A stretch of 64,000 nt of DNA from Paraspadella gotoi (taxonomy: Eukaryota; Animalia; Chaetognatha). Below the pieces are notes generated by a model, which saw only the letters and a list, made by a program, of their open reading frames with translations, was not told where the DNA came from and did not search any database. The DNA is taken from contig CM119263.1 in assembly GCA_051294375.1 (NCBI GenBank), positions 1,518,981 through 1,582,980 on the forward strand. The letters are read 5' to 3'. Shown one piece after another: positions 1 to 19,400 of this stretch (position 1 is the stretch's first letter; each line of letters begins with the position of its first letter). Position numbers and translations under genes: made by a program.

Positions 1-272
1 AACAACAACAACAATAACTAATACTATCATCACAACCATCACAACTATATTGACCTCCATAAAAAGCATCAAGACCGTAAATTGCATAATCACCATAACG
101 AATTCAACTACGACAACAACTAAAATGATTCACCGAATGAATGAACAAAAAATGATGGAAATTCCAAATATATTTGCTCATATAAAATGGAACAGAAACA
201 TATGTAAACCATAATTTCTAGAGAATGATTTATTTATTTTTTTATTGCGATAAAAATATCCGGATCAATAGA

Positions 273-2150
273 TCACTGGACGACCCGCTTCAAGATTCTT
301 CTCAGGTGCGCCGCGCACTTCTCCGCCGTCTCCTTCGTCACGTAATCGTCGTAATAAATTAAAGACAAAAGAGTCGGCCATTGATCGTCACCATGTAATT
401 GTAGATGGCTCTGCCCTGTCCCACGTGGTTGACCCGTAGAACATCTTAGTCACCCTGAAGGGTTTCGTCATTGGGGTCTTGAAGGAGTAAGATCCTCGAC
501 TAGAGATGGCGTAATCGTAAATCGCCGTCACCTCGTCGTTGACTTTGTCCGCCGGTCGCGAGATCCATCTATCGTGAAAAGCGGGAAAGAATCTGTAGAC
601 GAAGACGAGGAAGGACCTCTGGAGGGAATAAGGTCGTCGCCGCAAACCTTCGTGGATCTCGTCGTGAAATTCTTTGGCCAGACGCCAGAAATTCTCTTCT
701 TTCCGATCGTCAATCGAGAGAAGTTTCTTTCTCTGAGAGGCAGAACTGCGTGCGCCGTAAAATTCTTCCTTCTCATTTCTCTCGATCAAATTATTCGCGT
801 TCACGTTGTAAAATGAATCTTATCTCCAGGGGATGCTCTTTTGTTTTCGGATCGAGCTCGGCGATGGTGGCGCTCAAAGCCAAATGAAACGCGGCGTCAA
901 GAGCTCCGTGCATTTTGCAGTCGAACGACCTGCAGAGTTGCAGCAACTTTTCCACTTCTTCTTCGCAAAGTTGAATCGGAATCAAACGCGTTGTGCCGGG
1001 AGATCGAAGCTTCGATCTTTCGCTTTTCGTCGCTTCCATTAGAGCGCAATTGACCAACGGCTTGACAGGCAATGATCCAAACAGTTTCAATCTGGTGAAA
1101 GTGAACATTCGCGTCAAAAACGGTAGATTCACAAGTTTCTCTGGCAAGGATTGGGAGATTGAAGGACTGTGCCGAAGCGGTCGCACTTCGGGCAGCTCGA
1201 CGCCAGTCTCCTCCACCGCGGAAATCTCCGTCAAGGCCTCCATCAGTTCGTCCACGAAACTCATGATGGAACGACCATCGATTATCACGTGAAAGAAAGT
1301 CGCCAAAATCACGTTCACGTATTTGTCATCGTCTTTCGTCGACGGCAAAAGCGTGAGACGCCAGAGAGGGCCGTTGGAGTGATCGAAGGGTTCGTGAACA
1401 TCCTGGACGAAGGCGGCGTTCCAGTCGCTCGTCGAGAATAGCCGGATCTGCGGACGAAATGTTCCAACTTCCTCCAGATAAAGAGATTCGCTTCCATCTT
1501 CTTCGGCGACGGATTTGACGATCGATCGCAGCATCGGATGCCTCGCCGCCACCCGCGCCGCCGCAGCGGACACCAGCGCGGCATCGATCGGACGGACGCT
1601 GTCGATGAAGACGATGTTGGAGTCGATGTCGACGCCGTGATGTCGACGGAGATGAAACTCGGCCTCGGATTGGCCCAGGAGGCGACCCTGCGTTGGAGGA
1701 GGGGGAGGGAGGGCGGAGGTGGAGGGGGAGAGGATTAAAATGAGAGGATAAAAGAGAGGCGTTGAGGGGGAACAATAGAGAGGTAAAATAGAGAAGAAAT
1801 TAAAAAAAAGTCAAAGGAAGATAAAAGGAGGAAATAGAGATAATCTAATGTCTGCACATCATTGACTTCGACTGAACAAATTAAATGATTTCGATAACAA
1901 AAGGGAAAAAAAATCATTTCACTGATAGCAATTATTAATTTAAGGCATTGCTCGCCTTCGCAGCTTTAGACCGGAAGTTACGAAGTCGACGTTGATAATC
2001 GCGGGTTAGGAAAGCGGCGGCGGCGGCTGCTGCGGCAGCGGTGGCAGTGGCGGCGGTGAAGGCGGCCGTTGTGAGTTTGTGAGACTGATGTGACGGCCCG
2101 ACTGAACCCTCGGGGCCAAGAAATCCGAAAAACTTTGCAACGACACTCAT
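273..2150 (-). CDS. CoA-dependent acyltransferase of the condensation-domain / alcohol acetyltransferase (PapA5/AATase-like) superfamily with N-terminal hydrophobic segment; frameshifted in this assembly
   Basis: Exon 1 2150-1956 (MSVVAKFF...AAAAAFLTRDYQRR...AAK; donor AAG|GCGAGC, phase 0). Exon 2 starts at 1687 after a pyrimidine tract and CAG (GRLLGQSEAEF...ARHPMLR...PFDHSNGPLWRLTLL...FFHVIIDGRS, the HxxxDG motif). Frame changes near 812, 410 and 365 give NVNAN...FWRLAKE...AISSRG...YMVTINGRLF..SLIYYDDYVTKETAEKCAAHLRRILKRVVQ, stop at 273-275. AATAAA on - strand at 241-246. Confidence 0.8.
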
Positions 2151-2257
2151 GATGACTAAAAATTTAAATCAGTTGTTTCTTCACGTCCTTTTGGCGTCAA
2201 TTCTTAGGAAGAAATACGATATTTTAATTAAATTTATTTATTCAAAACATTGAAATC

Positions 2258-2298
<41 letters not shown>

Positions 2299-2507
2299 CA
2301 CTCTCTCCTATCTCTAATCTCCATTAAACATAAATGATGAAGAGACGAGCATTTGATAATAAGGGAAAGAGGAAGAGGAAGAGTATCTTTGTATCCGTCA
2401 CGGTTTTAATCAGGACAGGGTACAACTCAGAAAAATCCAATTTTGTAAATCATTCCCGAAAACGTATGTACAAATTAAAATATTTAAGTATTTATTAACA
2501 AGCTTGA

Positions 2508-9116
<6,609 letters not shown>

Positions 9117-9207
9117 TAAACTAAAATATTTAATAAAAATATTCGCGACCAACTCCATCCCTTTTTTTTGTGACAATCTGGTGAGAATTTAAATCTCGAA
9201 TTTCTAA

Positions 9208-9243
9208 ATTTTCGCTGTCCTTTCCGGTTCCTCTTAGGTAAGT
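9208..9243 (+). other. Juxtaposed 3'/5' splice site (pyrimidine tract-TAG|GTAAGT): recursive-splice site or terminal-exon acceptor
   Basis: ttttcgctgtcctttccggttcctcttAG|GTAAGT, with AG at 9236-9237, ~370 bp after the last visible Scm exon. Confidence 0.5.
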
Positions 9244-9464
9244 GTCTCACGACTTTCCAACCGCATATAACACACCGTCGCATGCCTTCAACTATTTATT
9301 TATACGCGAGTTCAATTGACATCTTTTATTCGCATTGATTTTCTTCGAATTAATCGATGAGATATCTGAACCATTGGGCAGAAATAGCATCGGGCTTTTT
9401 CGCCTAAAAGAATTTTAGAGTTTAAATCATTAGAAACCGTTCCATGTCACTACTACTGATAAGT

Positions 9465-9660
9465 ATGTGAGTTTGTGAGTGAGACAGTGAGTGGGTTAGT
9501 GATTGAATGAGTGAGTAGGTGAGTTAGTGATTAAGCGAGTGAATGAGTGAGTAAATGAGTGAATGAGTAAGTGAGTGAATGAGTGAGTGAGTAAGCGAGT
9601 GGGGGAGTTTGTGATTAAGATAGTGAATGAGTGAGTAAATGAGTGAATGAGTGAGTCAGT
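9465..9660. repeat. Degenerate (GAGT/GAAT)n tetranucleotide microsatellite
   Basis: gtgagtgaatgagtgagtaaatgagt... pattern. Confidence 0.85.
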
Positions 9661-9762
9661 TATTTAGTTTTGTTTAGTTTAGTTTAGTTAGATACTTGAA
9701 GAATGTTTCTTTTTAAGAAACAAAAAAGAAAGAACGAGAGAGAGAGAGAGAAGAGAGAGAAG

Positions 9763-9819
<57 letters not shown>

Positions 9820-9843
9820 AGAAGAGAGAGAGCCACCTCACCG

Positions 9844-12800
9844 TCACCGCTCGTCGGAATCGGCGTCACTTTCTTCTTCTTCGTCGTCGTCATCGTCGTC
9901 GTCGTCGTCGTCGCTATCGTCGTCTTCTTCACTCTCGTCGGTCTCCACCGGGGCTTTCGTTCCGACACTTTGACCGACAGCGCGACGGACACTTTGACCG
10001 ACACCGGGACCGACCGGTCCTCGATTGTCGTTGTCGTTGTCGGTATCCGTGTCGGTTTCGAACTCTGTCGTTTCTTCGTCGAAAGACTCGACGATGTCCT
10101 CGTAGCTGACGTCGTCGTCGTCGCTGCTCAAGTAGCTGCTGCTGTCGTCGCTGCTGCTCCTGTCGCTGTCGTCGGTCGTAGGACGTGGGGCGGCTCCGCT
10201 GCGTCGGCGGCGGACGGCGTCGCGGTGGACGCCGACAAAGTCCGTCAAGGCGTCGGCGGGGAATCTGTTGGGCGACTCGTCCTGATCTGTCTGGCTTCTT
10301 TCGTTCTGTCTTTCTTTCGTTGTCTTTCTTGCTTTCTGTCTTGGTCTTTGTTTCTTTTCTTTCCTTTCTTTCTTTCTTTCTTCTTCTTCTTTCTTTTCTT
10401 TCTTTCTTTCTTCTTTCTTTCTTTCTTTCTCTTCTAGTTCTTTATCTCTCTCTCTCTCGTCTCTCTCTCTCTCTCTTCTCTCTCTCTCGTCTCTCTCTCT
10501 CTCTCTCTCTCTTTTCTCTCTTCGCCTCTCTATCTTTCTTCACCCTCTCTTCCTCCATTATCACGAGATTCCTGTTTTTTCTCCGAAGCCGATGAGCGAG
10601 AAATTTTCCACTTTTAATATTTTCCTGTAGAAAATTTAGGTTCGTAACGGCGGATGTTATTACAAATGACGAAATTGACACAAACTATTTATTTGAAGTA
10701 AAACTGAAAGACTAGCGCATACTAGTAATAAAAATTTTATAAAAAGAGGCAAATTTCTCCTAACTTCCCTTAATTTTGTCACACTCAAAGATGTCACTGT
10801 TGTTTCTGCGCTGACCTTACCTTGAGGCGAGCCTGCACTGGTTTAACAACGCTGCACCTGATTAGCGTAGAGAGGATGTGGTTCAGCTTGTTCCTCCCCT
10901 TCTTTCTTTTCTCTCCTCGTACTCCTCTTCCCAAAATCTTCGCGGCTTAATTCGTCGTCTTCTCTTCTGCCTTCTTTGGGTCCGACTCCTTTGTGCATCT
11001 TTCCTCTCCTTTCGTCTGTGTCCTTCTTCTCCGATCCTTTGAAGCATCTCCTCTCGCTTCTGTCGTTCGCGAAGTCGCTTTGTAATGCTTCCGCTCTCGT
11101 TGCTCCGTGCTCCTTCGTTTTCGCGACTCCCTTTGTCATCTTCCTCTCCTTCTCTTCCGAGTCCTTTGTCATCTTCCTCTCTTTCTCCGTCTCCTTCTCT
11201 TTCGACTCTTTTGTCGAGGTGTCATCTAAACCGTCGTAATCATTGTTGGTCGCTGTTTCCCGTTTGGCGGCCCTGCAATGCAATGTAACGCAAGATTAAA
11301 CCTACCATTTGCCATTCGCCCCCGCCATTCGTGTTAATGTCACGTTATGAACCTTTTTCTCGTTGCATATACCATCTGCCATCTGTCACTGTCTTATTCA
11401 AGATGACATTTACCACTTCATTGATAGGGAAGACTATACTCTTAAAGTGAATAAACGAGACTGCGAGAGACTCTCGATTGAAAGCTTGCGGGGTCCTGCT
11501 ATGTCATTATCTTGTAAGAGTGGCCTTAAACCACCATAGCCTCTCCAAAGTCAAGGGGCATGACAGCTCACTAATTAGTTAAATGGATAATATTTATATT
11601 GGTTGCACCAATTTCATTTACATATTGCCTATTACATCATCGTCTCCAGCATGAAATTCTCCTCCACCTCATAATCACCAATTGAAAGACTTCCACAATT
11701 TTTCCGACGCTTTACTCTTCCTCATCTTCTCCGCCTTTCTCTCCATCTCTCTCTCCCTCGACGCTCTCTCTCTCTCTTCCTTCTCCCACTTTTCAACTTC
11801 CTTCAATCCCTCTCTCTCCTCCTTCTTTCTCTCCTTCTCCATTCTCTCTCTCTCCTTCTTCATTCGTTTCCTCTCGCTCTCCTCGACGTCCGCCGAAAAC
11901 GCCGTAGATTTCGACGACCATCTCGACGGCTGCTGCTGCTGCCGCCGCGGCGACGACAGCTGGAGGTGCTGCGGCTGGTTTAGCTGCTGCTGATGCTGCA
12001 ATTGGACACGTTGGTTTCTGTTGGCGGATTGATTGCGGTTTAGGGATGACGTCCTGATTGTGAAAACATAAGNNNNNNNNNNNNNNNNNNNNNNNNNAAG
12101 TTTATATAAATAAATTCATTTAAATCATAACATTAGAAAAATAATTGAGAGAAATAAAAGAAGTCTACCAGTTTTTAGATTTGCGGCGGTTGTGTCGTCT
12201 GAGTTTGATTTGAGATCCTCGGAATTTTAGACAAATCTCTCTCTCCGCGTCGTAATAATCGTGCGGCGCTCAACATTCCTAATAAATTTGAGAAAGTTGT
12301 AAGTCTGTTGTCGTTCGTCGCCTGTATAATATACGTTATAAGCGACGCGTATTATACTTGGGAGTATATTAGTTATTTTATTTTAACCAGTTTTTTGCTT
12401 GAGCGTCTGATCCCGCACCCAAGCCGACGGCACCCAAACCGGAACTCGCAGCCGCGCCTGCAGTCGCTCGCCCGCGAACCAGTCCCAACGCCCGTTGGCT
12501 TGCGCCACCGTCCGCCGACTAAGGGGGAGGAGAGGAAAACTGGGAGGAGGTTGTGGAGAGAGAGAGGGAAGAGTGAGAGGAAAGTGGGAGGAGTGAGAGG
12601 AAGATTGGGGGAGGTGGGAAGAGAGAGGGGGAGGAGGCGGAAGGAGGAGAGAAAATAGGAGGTGGGAGAGAGAGAGGGAAGAGTGAAAGGAAGATGGGAG
12701 GAGTGAGAGGAGAGATGGGAGGAGGTGGGAGAGAGAGAGGAGAGAGGGGGGGGAGGAGTGAGAGGAAAGATGGGAGGAGGTGGGAGAGAGAGAGAGGGAA

Positions 12801-13430
12801 GAGAGGAAGAAAGTATGGGAGTTGAGAGGAAGATGGGAGGAGGTGGTGAGGAGAGAGGGGAGGAGTTGAGAGAAGGAAGAGGGGAGAAAGAGGAGAGAAA
12901 TTAGAAATGATTAGAAAAAAAGGAAAACAAAGAAGAGTTATTTCGAAGGAGGAAGAGAAGATGGAGATGAGTAGAGATGAGAGAAGAAAAAAAGGAAAAA
13001 GAAAGCGAGAAAAGGGAAAAAAGGAAAAGATGAGGAGAAAAGAAAAAGAAAGGGAGAAGAAAGGAAAGATGAGGAGAGAAAAGAAAGAAAGCGAGAAGAA
13101 AAGGAAAAAAAGAAAAGATGAGCGAGAAAAGGAAAAGAAAGGGGAAAGAAAGGAAAAAAGGAAAGATGAGGAGAAAAAGGAACAAAAAAAGGAAGAAAAA
13201 AGGTAAGAAGGCTTCCTTGAAAAATGAAAAGAGATGAAATGGGGGATCGCCAAAGCTGCTGGTGCTTACTCCACGAGTTGTACAGCTCTGTAATGTCTTG
13301 AGAGATCGAATGTCTTTGGATCGATGACACGGAGAGGACATCGGGGCGCCACGCCCTTCTGCCCGTCGAAGTTTCTCGATCAACAGAACCGCGTTGGCTC
13401 GTAGATGTCGGCTGGACTCTTGGGGAAAGG

Positions 13431-13461
<31 letters not shown>

Positions 13462-16400
13462 CGAGAGAAGAGAGAGGAGAGAGAGACAAGAGACGAGAGA
13501 AGAGAGAAGCAGAGAGAATAGAAATACTTTAAATAAAGTTGGAAGAGTCAGAGAGTCAAGACTATGAGAACAGTTGAAGTACTGAAGGCGGACAAATCAC
13601 AGTCAGGCCCATCAACCCAGCTCCACTTGAATATTTCTCCCTGGCTTTCTACAGGGCGAGATCGTCTCACCCCGAATTGCGGCGTCAGTCAACTTGGCTT
13701 GACCAGGCGCGGATCCGCCAGTCCAACCAGAGAGAATAGGCTCTTCTATTATGCTGAAATAGTTAAAAAAAGTCAAAATAAATAATAAGATATATATTTA
13801 ATTATGATATTAACTATGAGCTTGGCATAGTTTTCATCGCTCTCTTTGAATATGTAAATACATATTTACAGAATTCCATTACAAATTATAAAAGTCTCTA
13901 GAAGAGAAAGTGCAAATCAACCGAAGGAAAAAAAAAACCTTGTTCTTTTCGGAGTTCCAAGTATCTTTAGACCAGTTTGAATGAACAATAACAAGTATTT
14001 ATTATAGAAAAAAATACATTAGCGTTTTCCCGCCACGACAATACAAAGCTATTGTTTTATTTACTCTGGTTGGTATCCTCCTGCGTATATAACTTTTTCC
14101 AGTTTCAGCTGTAAAATAAATAGAATAAAAAAAATTTTTATCGATGACCACCTATTTAAATCGTATTGGTTAGATAAAGATCTATCATTTCACTCTGAAC
14201 CCAAATCACGATCCTCAGTCATCCCATCACCCGTTGATGACGATTTCACTCAACAACGCGGGGGCGTTTCCGCTTGAGGCGCTGCTTCCAATTTCGGACG
14301 TTCTCAACGATTTCGCCTCCACGTCGTCGATTTCTTGATGGCCGCTTATTTTATCGTATTTCGCAGCCGCCGCCTCACCACTTCGCCGCCCACTCTGCAC
14401 TGCGCCGGGCCCAAACTTCGCCGCCTCCCATGACTGTTTATATTAATACCCTGTTTTTCCACTCTTCCCTTCCTCTCCCTTTTTCCTTCCCTTCCTGCTT
14501 CTTCCTCTCTTTTCCGCTTCCCTGCTCTCTATTTCCTTCCCTTCTCTCTCCTCTCTTTCCGCTTCCTTCTCTCTTTTCCTTCCCTTACTTCCTCCTCTCT
14601 TTCCCTCTTCCTCTTCTTCTCGCTTCCTTTCTTCTTCCTCCTCTTTTTCCGCAAAACGTAATTAAATATTGTTTTCGTTTTCCCTTTTGTTTCTTCGTCC
14701 TCAAGCTGCGGGGATCAGGTACGCTCGAGGGCGTGAATGGTACGGCTCTGAGGCGACTGCGTCGCTGCGGCGACAGCGTCTGCAGGTCCTGCAGCGGTAT
14801 CTGACGCGTCGGAATCTTTTGCCAGTTGACTGGCATCTTACAGCAGCAGGCCTCGTCAACCGACGAACTTCTCGATGTCCTCATAGTCGCCTTGGCTGGA
14901 AACAAGTTTCTGCATCAAGTTTGTTCGTCGCTTCCTTTGTTAATTTAGTTCGTTTGTTTTTTGTTCGTCCTTTTATCTTCGTCGTGAGTTTTTTTTATAT
15001 CGATCAAAGTCATGATTGGTTTCTTGGCTTTCGTTAATCATAATTTTTATTACTTATTAATTTTAAATAGTTTATTGAAAAAATTATACACACACACAGG
15101 AGAGAGAGCTAGGATCCCACTTGAGGCCTAATAAACTAAGACTGTGGTAAAGTCCTTGAACTAAATCTCACGGTCGCTGTGATGTTTATATTATCTACTC
15201 AAATGATTGAAGTCTTAATCAACCCAAGAGGCGATGTTGTGAAAGTTACGTATATAAAAATTTTAAAGTCAAGTTATGAACAACATAATCATCAGTGCCA
15301 TTAGTTAATAAAAAAAAATTACATTTTACAATATTTTTAAATTTTACGGCAGGAGGCTTAAAATAATAGTTTTTCTGAAATAATTAACTAAGCTTAATGC
15401 AACAGGATTTATTTATATCAACTTAATCATGACGAAATCCATGAATCTGATAAAAATCTGTACAATAAGAAAATTTAAATTTTAGCGTACATTTACAAAA
15501 TCTTTTGATACATAGAATAGTTCATTAGAACTAATGTGTCATTTTCCAATTTAATTAAGTTAATTTAAGAATATTTTATAACCATAAAGCACGAGCAAGA
15601 TAGGGATAATTTTGATATTCCTGTTCTTGATCAAAGTCATTGCATTCTCACTGGATGATTAGATGTCGTTCACAATGTTTCCTTTCGCATTCACCAATGT
15701 CTTTTCCTTTCCTCTCTTTCCTCTTCTTTTCTTTCCTCCCCTTTTACTTTTCTTTCTTACAGCTTATCTTCGCAATTCCTTTTAACTTTTTCCTTCTGCC
15801 ATCTTCGAAGCGATCTCCTTTTCTCACTCACTCCACGATCGCGAGAACATTGAATAAAAAAATTAAAAATGAATCTCAAAACTTACAATAAGATTATTTC
15901 ATTTAATAAACAAAAAGATCATTACACGTCCGTCAATCTACATATGGACCTGACTTACTGTAGATATAGTCTTTCTTTAATCGTAAAAATCTAGAGTTTC
16001 AGTTAGTGACTTTGAGGCTTAATTCTCTTCTCTCTCTATCTCTCTTTCTCTCTATTCTCTCTACTATATATATATATATATTAACTATTTACTTATTAAC
16101 TTTAATGGTTAACTTTAAAATTAAACTAACATTTGATTATTTAACTTATTCTTTAACTAATTAATATAACTTTATTTAATATATATTTAGCAATTTACAT
16201 ATTATTACAAAAACCTTAATAACTTTCTCTAAAATTAATAATGCTTGTGGTGCCAGGGTTAGTCTGTTTTAAGATCAAACAATATCAAAATAGTAAACCA
16301 TATTTAAAATATAGATAAGCGAACAACGGAAGGATCACCATTTGGTAGATAGGTCTAACGTTCTATCTATACCTGGACTATTGGGTAATAAAGACCGAAA

Positions 16401-19400
16401 TCCATGAAGGGTATTAGGTTCCCAACTATGATGACCTTACCATATGTAAAAACATAAAAGATAAAACAATATTCATAAAAGATAATTAAAAAAAATATGA
16501 TAAAGAAAAAATAAATTTTTTTAAAAGTATTAATTTAAAATTATATTCATGACATAAAGGTGCCCCTATAGACCTTCTTCAGTTATGTATCCACTATCAG
16601 AACAATACAATTCTACATAGGTAGTCTTATCCCTATTTGGTAAAAAAATTGAGTCCCATCAAAACATTTATAATCACATTTCCCACCCCTTTTAAGTTCA
16701 GACGCTCTTAATAATATGATTTTTTTCATTTAATGACTTTCTACAGAAATGATGTATCGATATCTTATTAGGAAAAACTAAAGGCAGATAGTAATCTAAC
16801 CTTGTGTTGTATAGATGCTCCCTGCTATTCAGAAAGACAACACTGACCTCCCGCTTGCCCAATTGAATTATTAGATAAATAAACATTTTATAAAAAGAAA
16901 GCAATATATAAGGTTTGAATAAATAATAATAGATTAAAATACTTAATTTCTTCATAAAAATGTATATAAAAATATTAAATAGAAAAATAAAAAATTAGTG
17001 AGAACAAGTAATTTACAAATTTTCCATAATATTATCATATATATAAACCTTGGTCTTCGCAACCGGTTCGCATAGTCACGTGGTGGAGATTGATTTAAAT
17101 TAATTATCGCTACGAACTCTGTACCCTGATAGGAAGAAATAATGCATTGTGTACCAGTAGTGGGTGACCATTTACAACCGATTTGTAGGCCTGTCCAGTC
17201 CACTCACTAGATGAATCACGCTTGTATATTAAACATTCCGTATCCAAGAAAGAGACACTTAAAATCTCTTTTTCTTGTCAGCAATCATTCCACCTTCGAT
17301 CACACTCAATCGGCCCGATGGGAATGTCCTTCCGACTCAGCGAGCCTTCTCATCATTTCTCCCGCGACTCGATTGACGTATGACTACAACTATATAAAGC
17401 TGACTTTCCTATTAGTCGATGACTGCTCCTCCGAGCCTAGTCTCCTCCACCGCCCTCTTCCTCTGCTCCCTTCTCCCTTCGCTCCTTCTTCCTTCGCTCC
17501 TCCTTTCCTCCGTAATTCCATTTCCACTCTATCCTCGTTCCTCTTTCCTCTCTCTCTCCTCTCCTCTTTATCCTCTCTTCCTCCTCTTTGATCACTTTCG
17601 CTCTTTCCTCCATTCCTCTCTAATTTCTTCGATTTAACCACAACCACATTTTTTTCTCCGATCGACGAGTCCCACTCTTTATTATTTCCGGTCGAACTCC
17701 ACCTCCGACTCCTAATCCTCGGCGCGCTCTCTTTTCTTCTTTCTGTTTTAATCCTGTCCAAACTTTCCTTTGCTCCGCGGTATAGACAGGCTGAGCAGTA
17801 AGTTTTCACGAACTTCGCGCTTATTCAATTCCGTAGGAGGGTTTCCGCCACCTAAATAGAAGTGTTGAATTTTGATCGTTTTTTCCAGAATTAAATATTA
17901 ATATTTTACCTAAATTATATTCTTAAACTAATTCCCTAACCACTAATCCTTAATCTCAACCCAATTTCTAACCATAATCCCCTGACTTAAAACTCACTAG
18001 TTCATAACGTGCCGCGTTCAAACACCAGAATCCTGACGTCCGATCCAAAGTTCCGGATGCAACTGACGGAAAAAATCTTTCAGCCCACTTGCAGTGCGCA
18101 CACTAAAGCGGGGGGCTAAAATTCATACCCAGGCAGAGGCACGGGCACGTCCCCTCTTCTCCTCTCCGTTCATTTTCAAACCTTGTTCCTGAGGATTATG
18201 AAAACACGGACTTGTTCTATTAACAATACATACAACTCAATTCAGGCTTTCGGATTTGAAAACGGTTCTAAACTATTTCTCTCACCTATAGCCTGTACAA
18301 AGACAGAAGGTTATCTCGTTTGATAAAATATTCATTTTTAGTGGTTTGTAGACATTGTTTATGTTGGTACTGCCTTAACTACTTTAAAGAATTGATACCA
18401 ACCTCTTCACGTGATGAGAAACTGTCGACTGCTAGTCAAAAGTGTGATACGGATCTGATTCCGTGGTTAATCTATAGCACAGAGTGTTAATAGCGTTCGT
18501 TGATTCTTTATCTGACTTGGCCGAAAATTGTTCACCATGTCTGTTATGTATGGTTTAATAATCTGCGGGCAGCATGGTGAAGCGCGATCTGTGTATTGGG
18601 GGTCGCTTGTTCACGAATCCACCTTAGAATGGTGTTAATGATCATGCATTGTCGTGGATGTTCATTATTTGCAGTGGCGCTGGTGATCTTGACTTGAGTT
18701 GGCACAGTAAGCAGTCAGCTTGCAGCCGAAGAATTCGGTCAATGAAATGTCTTTAATTTGACCGTCTTCAAATCTTTCGACTCGCTACGAGTCGATCAAA
18801 GGTTGATCAGTATCTTTGTCTGTCATCCAAGTTTGACGCTGCCTAAGATAGAGGAATGTTCGGGAGACGGCGTCGCGTACGCGGTCGTCAGCATAGGTAG
18901 TAGCGCCGGCGTCCAGCGATAACGGCGTCGCTCGTCAGCCTTAGCGCTTCGACGGTAGCGGCCGTCTGTTAGCGGTAAGGCGTCGTTAGCAAGGTAATTC
19001 TGCGTTGTTAGGCAGTAGCGGCGTCGTCAGCTGATAGCGGCGTACGTTAGTTGGTAGCGGCGTCGTCAGCGGTGGCCGGCGTCCGTTAGTGGTTAGCGGC
19101 TGTTGTTAGCTGTAGCGACGTCGTCAAGCGGTAGCGCGTCGTCAGCAGAAAGCGGCGTCGTCAGCGTTAGCGGCTCGTCAAGCAGTAGCGCGTCTGTTAG
19201 CGGTGCGTGCGTTCGTCAGGCAGTAGCGGCGTCTGTCAGCAAGTAAGCGGCGGCATCACGGATTACCTGACATCAATAAAAGTCAGCTAGTTACGGCCGT
19301 CAAAGATTAAGACAAACCAGAACAAAAAACCACAACAGTCCCAACGCCCGTGCTTGCGCCACTCGTCCGCGACTAAAGGGGGGAGGAGAGGAAAATGGGA

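Noticed and set aside
2334-2420. First coding exon of Scm (MMKRRAFDNKGKRKRK)
   Set aside because: Only a weak phase-1 donor (A|GTATCT) and no homology support; left out of the model.
9840-9846. Splicing of the SH3 gene across the Scm exons into the 7215 exon (interleaved genes)
   Set aside because: The acidic frame ends in a stop at 9844-9846, and the 7215 exon has its own phase-matched signal-peptide exon at 7410-7359.
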